A stretch of DNA of 43,830 nt, counting the filler, from Jimgerdemannia flammicorona (lineage: Eukaryota), in assembly GCA_003990765.1 (NCBI GenBank). It is 2 parts of 2 records of this genome, joined end to end, with 100 filler letters (N's around TTAATTAATTAA, not from the genome) between each part and the next. Parts side by side here need not be neighbours in the genome. Positions count along the whole stretch, not along the records: positions 21,972 to 43,830 come from RBNJ01001379.1; 1 more part is not named here. One strand, 5' to 3'. How positions within the stretch are numbered: the stretch's first letter is position 1; every line of letters begins with the position of its first letter. Position numbers and translations under genes: made by a program. Shown here piece by piece: positions 24,194 to 36,850 of the stretch. The notes under the pieces were generated by a model. It was given only the letters and a program-made list of their open reading frames with translations, did no database searches and had not been told where the DNA came from.

Positions 24194-24321
24194 TTTGAAT
24201 TCATCATATGATAAATTTGAACTAATTTGAATTTATCATATGATGAATTTGAACCGATTTGAAATCATCACATGATAAATTTGGATCAATTCAAATTCGT
24301 CATGTGATAAATTTGAACTGG
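24194..24321. repeat. 4 x 32-bp tandem array of a decayed 28-bp palindrome
   Basis: Units start at 24194, 24226, 24258 and 24290. Nearly all differences fall at the CpGs of TTCGAATTCGTCACGTGACGAATTCGAA. Confidence 0.88.
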
Positions 24322-24390
24322 CTTTAATCAGTTATGTGGTTAGAAAATTTGAATCAGATTTGAATTTCCCTAACTTGATCAGAGCACTAG

Positions 24391-24818
24391 GTGCAGATTT
24401 ACTTAAGAGTAGTTTCAGGGTTATTAAATAGATTTATTTGCTATTCATAATATTGCTATACTAAGAGTAGTTGTATGAGGGGATATTGTGTGAGGGAAAG
24501 TGTTTGTCGAGATTCTTGTCTGTTTGAGTTAGAGTTTCTTAGGTCTAGGGGAGGGGTATTTTATACTAATGAGAGGCTATCTGAACTATACTAAATATGG
24601 ATATGGTACTTAGTATCTTACTGAGTCAGAATATAATCACATAGTATAAGTGTGAACTGATATATCAAGAGATCATCTAACTGCTAAGTCAATATGCAGT
24701 TATATTATATAAAGCTAATCTAACTATACTAATGACTGCCAAGCTATCTATAGATTTAGATACTGTCTGGATAGTCTTCAATGAGATCACTATTAATGAT
24801 ATCATCTCTGATAAAGTA
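24391..24818 (-). repeat. Partial 3' LTR of the chromovirus
   Basis: About 430 bp colinear with 10915-11350 (gcagatttacttaagagtagttt...atcatctctgRtaaagt). TATA-like gtataaaatacccc and AATAAA lie on the minus strand. Confidence 0.7.
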
Positions 24819-24902
24819 GTCATCTAAGAAGTGCAGTTGCTTTATTATGTCTTCTTATTTATTCATATAATAGTATATTGGAACCATATTACTATCCTAC
24901 AG

Positions 24903-26108
24903 AATAGTGTCATCTATATTGTATACTGGATAGAGTATTGGTGAGTAAAAAAGAGATACATTGTCTTTGCTTTCATTGATTCACTATCTGCATACCTTTG
25001 GTAGGTAATAGGACTATGTGTTGTAGAGTTATAGTATATTGGCAGCTGTTATTTATTTTGTTCATACTCAGGTAGTGGGGTTGTTGGTTTGGTTTTGAGA
25101 ATTGTCTGGAGGTACAGGTTGTGTTCTCTGGTCTCTTCATTGTAGTTGAAGTAATTATATATAAATGCAGATTAGTACTCATATCAGTGGTAATTATCTC
25201 AATAGATCTCATAGGTAGTGATGAAATGTTATAAGTTCATTAGTAAGATTGGCAGAGTGATCAGGGCTGGCAGAGATCCTTGGCTGTAGGTCATATCAGT
25301 ATTAGAGAGGTTATTGTCTTCTGCTTCATTATTATCAAATTAGATTATATTATAAATATCCTTCATAGTATATCCAACTTGGGATATTTGCAGGATACAG
25401 TCATTGGGATAGAGAAAGAATCTGTCGGTGGTTTGAACATACTCAATATACTTATAGTTGAGTTCTTATACTATATCATCAATTTGGCTATAAGATAGAG
25501 TAGTAACTATTTCAGCAGTAGTGACTTAGAGGTGGGGCATAAAGGTGATATACTTATAAAAGAGTTCTTAGTATTTGTGAGCAATGAGTTTCTAGTGTTG
25601 AGATATTTGGATAATTTCTGTATCATGGTGGTATTCAACCATATCTTCCAGGAGGCAGTCAATCTGATAGTAGCTTGAGATTTATCCAATTTGGTAGACT
25701 TTACTAAGTATGTTGAGGATATTCTATTGGGCCTCTATAAAGTAAAGAGGTACCAGACTATGGATATTTATAAGGGGTAGAAGAGGTGTAGCTCTACTGA
25801 CAATGGCATTCTAAATATCAGTATGGTAGTTATAGATCTCAGTGGTTATAGTTGTGTATATATTCAAGAGTTGTGGTTGTTTATTTGGTTTGTTATGGTT
25901 CTCCATTTTGATATATCTGGATGCTTGGTATATATATATTTGGTAAGGTTCTATTTGTAAAATTCTTATATTCTGTAACTTCAAATTGACTCAGCTTTGT
26001 GCTTTGTGACTTCAGTTTAACTCAGCTTTATGATCTTATATGTAATTTCTAGATTTATTCAGAGAGTGATTTGTGATTTTAGTGGCTTGGAGGTTATATG
26101 CTTTCAAT
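24903..26108 (-). pseudogene. Extra ORF of unknown function downstream of the chromodomain
   Basis: Colinear with 42035-43248. It has a long minus-strand frame with scattered stops and no motif I recognise. Confidence 0.55.
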
Positions 26109-26549
26109 TTTTCTCTTCTTAGCTTTTGATGTCCTCATTGAGGTCTTCTAATTTGGTTTAGTATTATTACACCATTTGAATGATCAAATGTCTGGTAATG
26201 TCTATTGTTCTCAGAAAGTGATATGCTCATAGTATAGTTGCCTAATATATTGGATTTATATATTAAAGAGTTGTGTGATCGATGCTATATATCTGAAGTA
26301 ATTCAGATATCATTCACTGCTGGAGAATTTCCTCTAAGGAATCTTCTTAAATATCTATATCTCATTTCTCACTAGCAATATGTGGAGAATAGGCTGGCTT
26401 TCAGTTTTGCTATTTTTCTAGAGAGTTGGTATTCCTTTAGTCTTAACTTACTGAGTTTTTGATTTCATTTGTGATAATTATAAGAGTACTTAATATTCAG
26501 GAGGAGTAATATATAGTGTGGAACTGATAGGTATTGGAGTATTTATTTA

Positions 26550-26720
26550 AAGAGTCATATTCGTGATATTCTGGAGGTTGGTCTTAGGTTTCCATATCAT
26601 ATCATAGATCAGGTAACCTTTCAATTTGATATGGTATTCTGGATAGTTCTTGTGGTTATGTTTGTTTGAGGATTTGTTCAACTTCATATTCTTCTTGATC
26701 ATTAATAATGACAGGTGCAG
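26550..26720 (-). pseudogene. Chromodomain at the integrase C-terminus
   Basis: PAPVIINDQEEYEVEQILK / (frameshift) EYHIKLKGYLIYDMIWKPKTNLQN corresponds to YEVEQIL...YxIKWKGY...TWEP..NL. Confidence 0.85.
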
Positions 26721-27898
26721 GAGGTTTTGTAGTTCGGTTTAGAAATAGTTTATCATTATTTTCATTGTATTACTTGAGATGTTGAACATTGAAGACTAGG
26801 TGAATCTTAATGATATCTAGTTGTACCAATTTGTAAGAGATAGGAGAGTCTTGTGCAATGACTTCAAATAGTCTAATAAATTTGCTATTTAGCTTTGTAG
26901 AGAGTCTATACTTGAGGTTGTCAAATTGATATCCTCAAATATCTGATAGAACTTTTTCTATAATATCAAAAGTTTCTTCTTAGCAGTACTGATTGATATA
27001 CTGTAATTGTTGTTCTTGAGCTTGAGATAAATTCTCAATTGTAATCTGGCTTAAGTTGTATATTTAGAGCAGGAATTCTCAAATGGCTTCAACAGTGGAG
27101 AGTTCATCAGTAGTTCTGATAAGTATCAGAGAGGTGTTTGGGTTTTACTCTATATTGACAAAGAATGGAGTCATTCTAAGAGAGGCTTGTTTGCTGTTAT
27201 TGTAGACAAACTCAACTGTAGTAAGATGTTCATATCAATTATCTGGTCTATAGGAAATATAGTTCTTTAGTATTTATTTCAGAGTTCAGTTCATTCTTTT
27301 GGTTTGGCATTCAGTTTTAGAGTAAAAGGCTATAAATAGTACAAGTTTCATTCCAAGGTGTATATGTAGGGCTTTCAAAAAATGGCTGATGAATTTCAGA
27401 TCTCAGTTACTAACAATGATCTTGGGAAGACTATTATAGCAGAAGATATTATCAAAGAAGAGTATAGTGATTACAGGTACTGTTGCAGTTGTAGCAGTAG
27501 TTATGAAGTGAGCTTGTTTGCTAAGATAGTCTATGAAGACAACAATTGTATCTTTCTCATTCTTAGTTTAGGGTAGTTGTACAATGAAGTCCTTAGAGAT
27601 TTGTTCCCAATTAGTGGATGGTACTGAAATAGAGTATAGTAGGCCAGGTTTTGCTAGTGTTGAAGATATATTGCATTAGCAGATATCACAGGAAGTAATA
27701 TAATCTTTAGCTGATCTACCATATAGGGCCAATAGAAGTTTCAGGAAATAATTTTATAGCATTTGTCAAATTCTAAATATTCAGCTATAGGGGTATTATA
27801 ACATTCAAATAGGATAGTTCTTCAGAGGTCTTGATTATTAGAAACACAGAATTTATCTTTATAGTAGATGGCATTGTCCTTTAGTTAATATTAGTGAT
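26721..27898 (-). pseudogene. Gypsy integrase (zinc-binding, core, GPY/F), degenerate
   Basis: L*RTILFECYNTPIAEYLEFDK, WEQISKDFIVQLP, LPKIIVSN*DLKF, FYSKTECQTKRMN (=FHPQTDGQTERMN), KFIRLF, IHLVFNVQHL. Confidence 0.88.
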
Positions 27899-27907
27899 AT
27901 TAAGAGC

Positions 27908-27911
<4 letters not shown>

Positions 27912-27956
<45 letters not shown>

Positions 27957-30900
27957 GTCACTTGGACTCTGCCATTTATTACCTGTCTATTAATAAGTTT
28001 ACAGTATACCCTCCCACTACCCAATCCCCATAGGGGTGCCACTCCCCCCACCTATATCAACAAAGAGCACTTTCTCATCTGTAACTCTAATCCTCCCCCC
28101 ACTCTGTCTATAGATTTTCTCTACCAAATGATGACTTCGACCCCCCTGCAACCCCCAACCAAGCCACTGGCCCATCAAGGTGTCTTCCATAAGACTATGC
28201 CACCTCAGCAGCTGGACCTTTGAGCCAAGTCTCCTTCCATCCTCAAAAACAAATAACCAGTGACTGGCCAACCCCACCCAAATAGCCAAATTCCAGCCTA
28301 ATGTCAGCTATTTCTTTCCCACCCCCCCCTCCAATCTATCCCTTAAATCCTCCCATTGCCTCTGCACACCAGCTCCCCTACACACTACCACCAAATGATC
28401 TGCCAAAAGGGACTAAGCACCTCACACTCTCCTAGCCAATGTTCAGGTATCTGCACATATTCCCCCTCCTGCCCTACATTATAACACTCTTCACAGTCGA
28501 AGCAACCTCCCTCAATAAGGTGACCTGAGCAGAAGTTGAGCATGACATTCCACCTCAGCATATGCCACCAGACCACCCAGTACTTTGGCAGCAGCCACCT
28601 CCTCACCTTGGCACTCCAGGCCCAAATGCTATGCCAGTCCCACTCCTCGCTAACTCCTACTCCTTGCCAACTACTAGGCCACAGGTCCTGGCCTGGTCCC
28701 CATTGGCATTCAATCCCATCACTAATGTCAAACTCAATTAAGGGAATGCCACCCAGTAATACTTGGTCCCATCTCTACATCACTGGGTCCCAAGCTTCCT
28801 CCTCTTTATTCCCCTCTCACCTAATTCCAATGCAGTGCACCCCTTATGCCACTCCCCACCAGAAGCCTTTGTATTACAATTGTTCGGTGTTCTAAAGGCC
28901 CACAAGTGCTAGGAGATCACCAGTCAAACCCCTGAGAGAGGACCTCATCTCTCAGACTTTCTGCAGTAGGGGGACCCAACCACTCCCTCTCAACTCCACT
29001 GCTCTCTTCAGCCACCACACTCTCAAGCAGTGCAGCCTCTTAGGAAAGTCAACCAGCCTAAGTCCCCCACTTGCCACCAGTAAGGACAAGACCTCCCAGC
29101 TGATCTGACTCTGCCTTCCAGCCCAGATCCACCCCTTGGTCAGCTTCATCAATCGCTTCACCACCCAAGCTAGGAAGTTCAGATGATAAGTCAGATACCA
29201 CAACTTCAGCAGCCAATAGATGTTCAGAATCGAAATGCATCCTGCCAGAGACAATTAGCGGCCCCCCCAACTCCACAGGCCCTCCTCCCAGATACCAACA
29301 TGCTGCTCCCACCAAAGTCTAGGCAGAACCGACCCATATACTGACAGATAAATACGCAAGTACTATACTGTCTCACCAGTAGAGCCAATGGTACCAATAA
29401 TCTCCCCTCCCACCAGACCATTGCCTATCACCATTGTTTCATACTTATGCCAATTAAGCCTAGCCCCAGAGTTCACCTCATAGCACTCCACCATTTTCTT
29501 GAGCTTCTCAACATCCACAATTGATCTCAGGCTGACCACCATATCATCAGCAAATGCCCCTACTTTCCACCCAATGCCAAAGATAGAGAGCCCCACTATC
29601 TTCCACCAGATTCTGTCCATGAAGGGCTCCAAAGAAAGAGCATACAAAATGGGGGACAGTGGGTCCCCCTGGGGCACTCCCCTATCCAGGGAAAATGCTA
29701 CCCCTCTGTGTCCATTACATATGAGGGCAGCTCTGCTTTCTTCCAGTAGGCTGACCATGGCTGTTCTGAGCTGGTGTGGGACCCCAATCCTATCCAATAC
29801 TTTCATCAGCCAGACCTATTGCACTTGGTCATAAGCCTTCTCCTGGTCTAGAAAGACCAGATGCCCATCCAGTCCACTGGCTCACACCACTTCAATAACT
29901 CCATGAACCCATGCTGTGCCATTCCTGATGAGCTGGCCACCCATAAAGCCCCTCTGCTCATCACCCAAGTCTTGCTGGGCCACCTTTTGCAACCTTGTGA
30001 CCACTACCTTGGTAACCAACTTTCTGTCCATATCCAGTAGCATAATCAGCCTCCAGTTCATCCAGTCCTCTTGCCTTCCTTTGTTCTTATAAAGCAGCAT
30101 CACCAGCCCCAGATTCTGTTCTCCCACCCATCTCCCCATCTGTAGAATCCAGTCACACAGTGCTGTCATCTCTCTCAGTACTCCAGAGACTCCAACCATC
30201 TTTTTCCAGAAGTCCCAGGGAGACCATCCTCCCCAGGCACTGTACCCAAGGTTGTTGCAGCAAGAACCTGGCAGATCTCCTCCTCTTGCACCAGCAGTAT
30301 TAAGTCACCCAGCCCATCTGCTCATGTAGGGTGCCAATCCTCCAACACTTGGACAATATCCTCAGTATCTGCCCCATCCTCCTCCTCACTCCACAATCCA
30401 CTCCAATGCTTCTTTAATGATCCAAGAATGTCTTGTACACCATGCACCAATATACCATCAGCATTAAGCACCCCCTCTCACCTTTGTTGCACCCTCCTTG
30501 CCTGAAGGGCTCTTGTGAGAAACTTTGAGGGCCACTCTCCTTCCTCCAACCCCTGTCAATGAAGCCATGCTGCCAGACCCTGGAACCTTGCCTCTTCCTC
30601 ATTCTGTAGCACCTGTTGTAGTTCAACCACCTCCATTCTTACCCTTATCATCTCCAGTCCTCCTCCCCCTCCAACATTACCAGTCTTGCCCAGTCCTCCA
30701 AGAGTCTAGACAGTCTACTTGATGCCCACCACACCCGCTGCCTCCTCTGCTTCCCAGCCTCCTTACCAGCCTCACTCCAGAAGGTCCTGGCCATCTCTTT
30801 CATCCTCATCCACTGAATACCAACTGGGGCACCTTCCTACCTCCAGCACTCTACTCGCAGTTGAATGTCTTCAGCCCACTCATCTCACTGGATCTTATCA

Positions 30901-33795
30901 TCTAGTAAGGAGGAATTGAGATACCAATGTCCAGGCCCATCCCCACTCTCCCCAAAATACCCCTGTCCCAAAAGCCCCTAATGATCCGACCAAGGACACC
31001 ATTCCACCTCCAGCAACTTCCAAACATCCAAGCCCCAGCAGCTGGCTGTCAGAATCCAATCAATCCTCATCCCCAGGCCCCTGGCCCAGTGTGTGTACAC
31101 CCACCTGTCTCCCCAACATTCTCTACCTGCATCCACCAGAGCACTCAGTCTTTCCACTTCCTCCCATGCTGCCAGTCCTCCACTCTGACCCTCAGCTCCT
31201 CATCCTCCATCAGTTCTATCCCTCAATATGTCTCAGACCATATTGAAGTCCCCACTGAGCATATCCACCCCAACCTCTGCAAGAATTCCACTCTCCTATA
31301 GGCCCTTCACCCAATTCACATACTCACCCTGCACTACAGGGCAGTAACAGGAGTCCACCATGACTGGTTCCCAACCTGTGTGTATCCACTCTCCCCAGAC
31401 CAATCTATCCCCCCAACTCTGCAAATCCCTTATCTCCCCTCTGCCTTTCCACACAAGAATCCCAACCTTGCCCTTTCAGACTGCCTCACCTCCCCACTCC
31501 TTCATCCATTCCAGTCTATCCAAGTCATCCTCACACCTGACATCCTGCAAGAGGAAGAGATCGGCCTCCAATCCCTTTAGCTAAGTAAAAATGTTCTTAT
31601 GTTGATAAGTGCCCTGTAACCCATTCACATTCAAAGAAAAATTGTACTATTCATAGTGAAGAATGGTGTGTTATCAAGCTTTCTCTACTGCTCCATGTTC
31701 AACTTCTCCTGCACCAAGTCCAGATTATATTCCACAGTCACCACCTCCTCTTCAGCCCTCTGAGCCTCCAGTCCAGCCAATAGCTCATTCATCTCCCCAT
31801 CTGCCTTCTCCTCGAATTCCTCTTGGTACTCCAGGCATACTTCCTGCCAGAGCTGTAGTCCATAATGCTTGGTCCAGCAGTATTCAGGTCTCTCCCCTGT
31901 GACTCCTGCCATCTCTGCCTTCTGCTCCTTATCAATCTTATAGCCCTCCTCCTCCAGATACACTGTAAGAATTTCTGCCTTCAATGCCATCACCACTCCC
32001 TCCCCCTGCAGGATCCTTGCCCAATGCTTATCGCTCATTACCCTCAAATCCACCTCTCCCAGCTCCTCAGCCACCAGATTGATCATCATCCTGCATATCC
32101 AAAGTAGGTTCCCCACCTCCTTTCCTCTAGGGGTCGCCGGCCTCCCACTATCCAGCATTGTGGTATCAGGCCCAGCACTCGCAGCCTCATCCTATTCCTC
32201 TGAGATGTCCACCAGTTCCTCCTCACCAACCGCCACCACTTGTCCCCCTCATGCCACCTCCAGAACTCCAAATTGCACTCACAGGGCCCCCCACATTGGC
32301 ACATCCTCCACCACCCTGCTTCAGGAAGCTGGGCCCTGCCTGATAAGGGGAGTAGGGATAGAGGAGTCCTCCCACATCTTATCCCAAACCTCCAGCACAC
32401 CATCTGCATATGGGTACTTGCCAGTTGCCTCCCTGTTCTCACCAGTCCCCTTCCCAGCACTTCCACTTCCCTCACCTGCCCAGACACTCGCTTTGGCCCC
32501 CCCCATGTCCACCATCCTGCTTGTATCCTTCTGAGGCCCACTCTTCATCTTTGCCAGTAGTTCCCTCTGTCTCTTACATCCCTGATCTCATTCTCACTGC
32601 TCCTTGCTCACTCAAATCTGCTTCTCATCTACCACCTCCAAGTGTATTGCCTCCTCAAAGGCCCTCCAAGCCTTCACCTGCCATTCCACTGTACCACTCA
32701 ACTCTTCCAGTGCTTCCAATAGGTCCTCTTCCTCCTCCTCACTCCTCTTCACCCTCGTCACCTTGTATATGATCACTCCCCAAACCATACCAGAAGGCCA
32801 GTCCCTTGCCTTCCCGGTGGCCTCCTTCTCTGCCAGCTGAATCCTCACATCCACATCCCCACTCCTGAGTGAGGTCCCCTCCCAGACTCTGAATCCAATA
32901 TCCACCACCTCTCCATACTCTGCCATGACCTCCTCAACTCTCTTTCTTGTCTCTATTGCCATCACTGTGGGCACCCCTTTCACCAGCAGTTAGATCACTC
33001 TGGGATCCCATTTCAGGCATCATGCCATCAGAACACATACCTCCCCAACTATCAATCTAACCTTCAATGCTTCCTCCAAAGGCTCAGCCTCCTCAAAGCC
33101 CACCTCTACTCCCTCCAGCCTCTTCAAAAACTTTACAGATGCCTCTCCAGCCACCTGCTTAGCAATAAGCCCCAGTACCATTTTTGCTGTCACTGCTAGA
33201 CCCTGGAAGAACAGTGTTACTATGAACACCAAGATTGATTTCTTGAGTAACGATGCCACTGCCAGGCCCATCATACCATCTGCCAAATCTCCTTGTCTCC
33301 CAAGCCCCAGTTACTCAGCCATACCATCCACAGTTATATCTGGATTTTTTTTCCAGATTAGCAGTCCCATCTCCATCAGCCATCACACCCCCCCCAGCTA
33401 CTATACCTCCAGCCCCACTGCCCCCTCTGCCAAGGGCTACTCCCCCATGTACTATTGCCTTCTCTGTTTCCTTGCCTTTCCTCAACCAACCCTCCAGCCC
33501 CAACATCTGTCTTCTCCCCTTCACTGTCTCAGCAAAGCTTGCCCTCCCAGATCTCTGTCCTCCACTACCACCTCCTTCCCTTCCGCATCCATCCACCAGC
33601 AGTCCCCTCATACCTCCCCCCAGGCCAGGGCCTCTCCCCATATGCTGCTAGTCAAATGCGCTCAGGCTGCCCTGCCCAGTATGCACCTCAGATTGCCTGT
33701 TAGTCACCATGTTGCTAGTCTCTTTTCTCCAAAAACAATGTTATAGTTGCTTTCCAAAAGTTGTGTAACCTGAGAGATACCGGAGAGAGATGGTG
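27912..33795 (-). mobile_element. LINE copy 4, full-length (about 5.9 kb) with poly(A) and 13-bp TSD
   Basis: Poly(T) 27910-27953 on the plus strand. TSD attaagagcactt at 27899-27911 and 33796-33808. ORF1 remnants 31685-33641 and ORF2 remnants 28017-31654 (GVPQGDPLSP, FADDM). Confidence 0.95.
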
Positions 33796-33808
33796 ATTAA
33801 GAGCACTT

Positions 33809-35038
33809 GTCAATATCATCACTATTTAGGATTTCTTGGAGTGCTTGAGCTTCTTTATCATCAGTATATACTGTGATAATTTGTTCCATAATGGAGTTGG
33901 TAACCAAATAAGAGTTTATATAACCTCTTTTATTGGTGATTTGGAAATTATATCAGCAATAATATTCTCCTTATCAGAGTGATACTGGATTTTATAGTCA
34001 AAATTGGTGAAGACCTTCATTCATCTGACTTGCTTTCAGGAAAGAGTAACCTGGGTCTTAATATTGACTAATGATTTATAGTCTATCAATACAGTGAAGT
34101 ATACTCCTTCAAGTTATGGTCACTATTTGATCAGAGTGTCTATGATGGCTAACATTTCCTTCTTATGAGTCATATGGTTGATTTCAGTATCATTGAACTT
34201 ACAAGAATAATAGGCCACAGGGTGTCCTTCTTGTATAAGTACTACTCCAAAAGCTAGATCAGATGCATCAGTAGTAACTTCATATGATAGGGTGAAATTT
34301 TTCACTTAAAGTACTGGGGTAGTTATTAAGACAACCTTCAGTATCTGAAAGGCTGTATTTTGTTTAAATATCCAATTTGTAAGATTGTTGAAGTCTTTTT
34401 TTTACTTTATAGTCTAGGGCTGTCCTTTATTTTTACTATACTTAGTTATTTAGATAAGGACAGTAGTGGCTTTGGTAAAGTTGGTAACAAATTGCCAGTA
34501 ATAGTTTACTAGTCTCAGGAATAACTAGAGGTCCTTCAACTTCTTGGGTCTGGGCCATTTCTTGATTATAGAGATTTTGCTGGGGCCTAATTTGATTCTA
34601 TTGAGAGTGACAATATATTCAAGAAATTGAATTTCTCTCAGTAAGAATTCACATTTACTGAGTTTTGCAAAGAGTCAGTTTTCTTAAAGCTTTAATAGTA
34701 CTAGTTCAAGGTGTTTAAGATATTTTTTCAGAGTTTTGCTGAAGACCAGGATGTCATCAATATAGATAACAATAAATTTGTCTAGATACATATGAGTGTA
34801 GAATAGTATGCATTAGTGTCTAAAAGATTGTTGGAGTATTAGTTAAGCCAAAGAGCATAACCAGGAACTCAAAATGTTTATAGCAAGTTCAGAAGGTAGT
34901 TTTGTAGATGTCTTCTTCTTTTATAGTATTTACCAGTAACTATTCTATAGAAAAAGAGCTTATGAATTGTAGGTTGAGAAGTCTATTGAATATTGCATCA
35001 ATTTGGGATAATGGACAGCAGTTCTTGATGGTCTGTTC
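33809..35038 (-). pseudogene. Gypsy RT (C-terminal part) and RNase H
   Basis: EQTIKNCCPLSQID, IVIYIDDILVF (34741-34773), FLRLVNYYWQF, TTDASDLAFGVVL..HPVAYYS, KEMLAII, NIIADIIS. Confidence 0.92.
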
Positions 35039-35286
35039 AATGAGAGGGCTCGCTCAAGACCACAGGTCAGTGAATGCAGAAAGGTCTTGGGCATATAGTA
35101 CTCAAAATGTTTCAATGCTATTGTTTATCTAAGGCATTTCTAAATCAGGTGTAGTCTTTCCTTTTTTGGTACTAGCATGGTAGGTGCATTACTTCTATAT
35201 GTAATTCTACCATTCACCCAACATTACTTTGTATGTGCTTTATACTTATGCTTTTGTGCTTCCGTACAATCATACATATTTCATTA
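35039..35286 (+). repeat. Split direct repeat A1 (248 bp)
   Basis: Aligns end to end with A2 (40231-40478), with roughly 25 differences by eye, mostly transitions. Confidence 0.93.
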
Positions 35287-35414
35287 TATTACCATAGTCC
35301 TCTCTGCAAATTCCTGCCTTTTGTGTCGATATGACCCTTCCTATACGTTAAAGGGCCAACACAACCTGAGCTCCACTACCTGCCCTTTCCACTCGGACAT
35401 TAATTTCATCGAGC

Positions 35415-36746
35415 ATGTGCTCCGTTTTCTGCAAGATGACCTGGAATCTGATAGCAAGAACTCTGATGTTGCTATCCTCATGGATTATCTCACTACCCTC
35501 CCTGATCACTCTACTTCCACACCTAACCGAATCACACATCTATCAGTGCATGCCGCATCCAAGGCTCCTGCTAGTGCTATGGCGACTGGACCAGCTTTTT
35601 TTCAGCACATCGGCCTCTGATGTTTCCATCGAAGCCAGCATTGCTCAGCTCCAAGAGCATGCATCCATGCAAGACTGTCAGTTTGATGAACTTTTTCAGC
35701 TCTTACACTCTCACCCTGACATTGTATCTTCGGTGGCACTGGCTAGTGCAGTTCATGCCATTTCTGGTCAGGATGTATCTCCCATCATCAATCAAGCCTT
35801 TATCAATCACACTACTGCCTCTCTTTCAGCAGTTCTCGCATCTCCATCCTCATCTCAGCCTTTACCGACTATCCCTTCGGTTCAGTCCACCAGCACTCAC
35901 GGCCCTGCCGGTAATCCCCAGGGTGAGTCTATCCCTATACCTCCTTCTGTCATCTCTGCCCATACCATTGTCCGAGGCATCAATCTCTTTTTAAAATATG
36001 CCCATGTTAATCAATGGCTATTGGCCATGGTCATCGACAATTTGTTCACCACTGTGTTGCTCAGCCGTTTCTTAGAGCGAAATATCATTTCTATTGGTGG
36101 TCTTCCTGATGCTCAATTCATCAAAATGTTTGACGAATTGGGTGCTTGGATCATTCTTCGAAAGTTGCCATCCCTTATCAAAGATCTTCTGGACATCCCT
36201 GCTTTTCTTGCCGCCCTGCTTACGTATTTCAGCATTCTTCATGATACGTACCCAGGCCTCACTGATCCTACTCCTTTCTTTTCATATGCCGCGGATTTTA
36301 TTTTACTATCAACATTGTCGTATTGGTCCACACTTCTCGATTATCATGTCTCCTTTCACACAAACCGACTGGTGGAGATCGTGAATGATGGTGTTTCTTT
36401 GGTATGGTGTGAGCACTGGGTCCGGTGCGACCCCGACCTCTTTATGATCCTTAGTCTACATCAACATACATGAACTTCGACCTCTACATCTAATCTGCTT
36501 AAGCCCTTCAAGTCTCGCAATGTACAACAGGGGCTATGTCTTACTGATGGCTCCTCCACTCCATCTAACGAAAAAGCCTCTCAATGGTCTACTTGTTGGG
36601 CATACAACAGCATTCTATTCGATGGATCACCTATGAAGGATCCTGGGTGCAATAGAAAAGGATGCCCTTATGCGCATTCCTGTTCTCACTGCAATGGTGA
36701 TCATCCGTAGTATCAATGCTCCCACAATCCATCGTCTCGCCCCTAG
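35415..36746 (+). pseudogene. Ngaro ORF1 (Gag-like) with C-terminal Cys/His finger
   Basis: The 352-aa ORF continues past TGA 36471 into CWAYN...GCNRKGCPYAHSCSHCNGDHP*YQC. The true start is probably in another frame near 35330. Confidence 0.75.
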
Positions 36747-36850
36747 GAACTCGCCCCTATTTATTCTTTACACATACCCCCAGCTGCTTCAAATACCCTA
36801 CTCTGTCACCCATTTACTGCCCCTCTCAATGAAGCTGCTCGAGACATTCT

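Noticed and set aside
24370..24391. Helitron 3' end at ...cagagcactag
   Set aside because: CTAG is present, but there is no GC-rich hairpin just upstream, the next base is not T, and no matching 5' end was found.
24903..26108. Calling the extra ORF env, or treating the 25 kb and 42-43 kb repeats as a giant LTR pair
   Set aside because: No signal peptide, TM anchor or fusion motif is evident. The LTR-like sequence at 24391-24818 is absent next to the 42-kb copy.
16028..33746. Many Ser/Pro/Leu-rich ORFs antisense to the LINE copies
   Set aside because: These are shadows of the G/A-rich LINE sense strand, with no recognisable domains.
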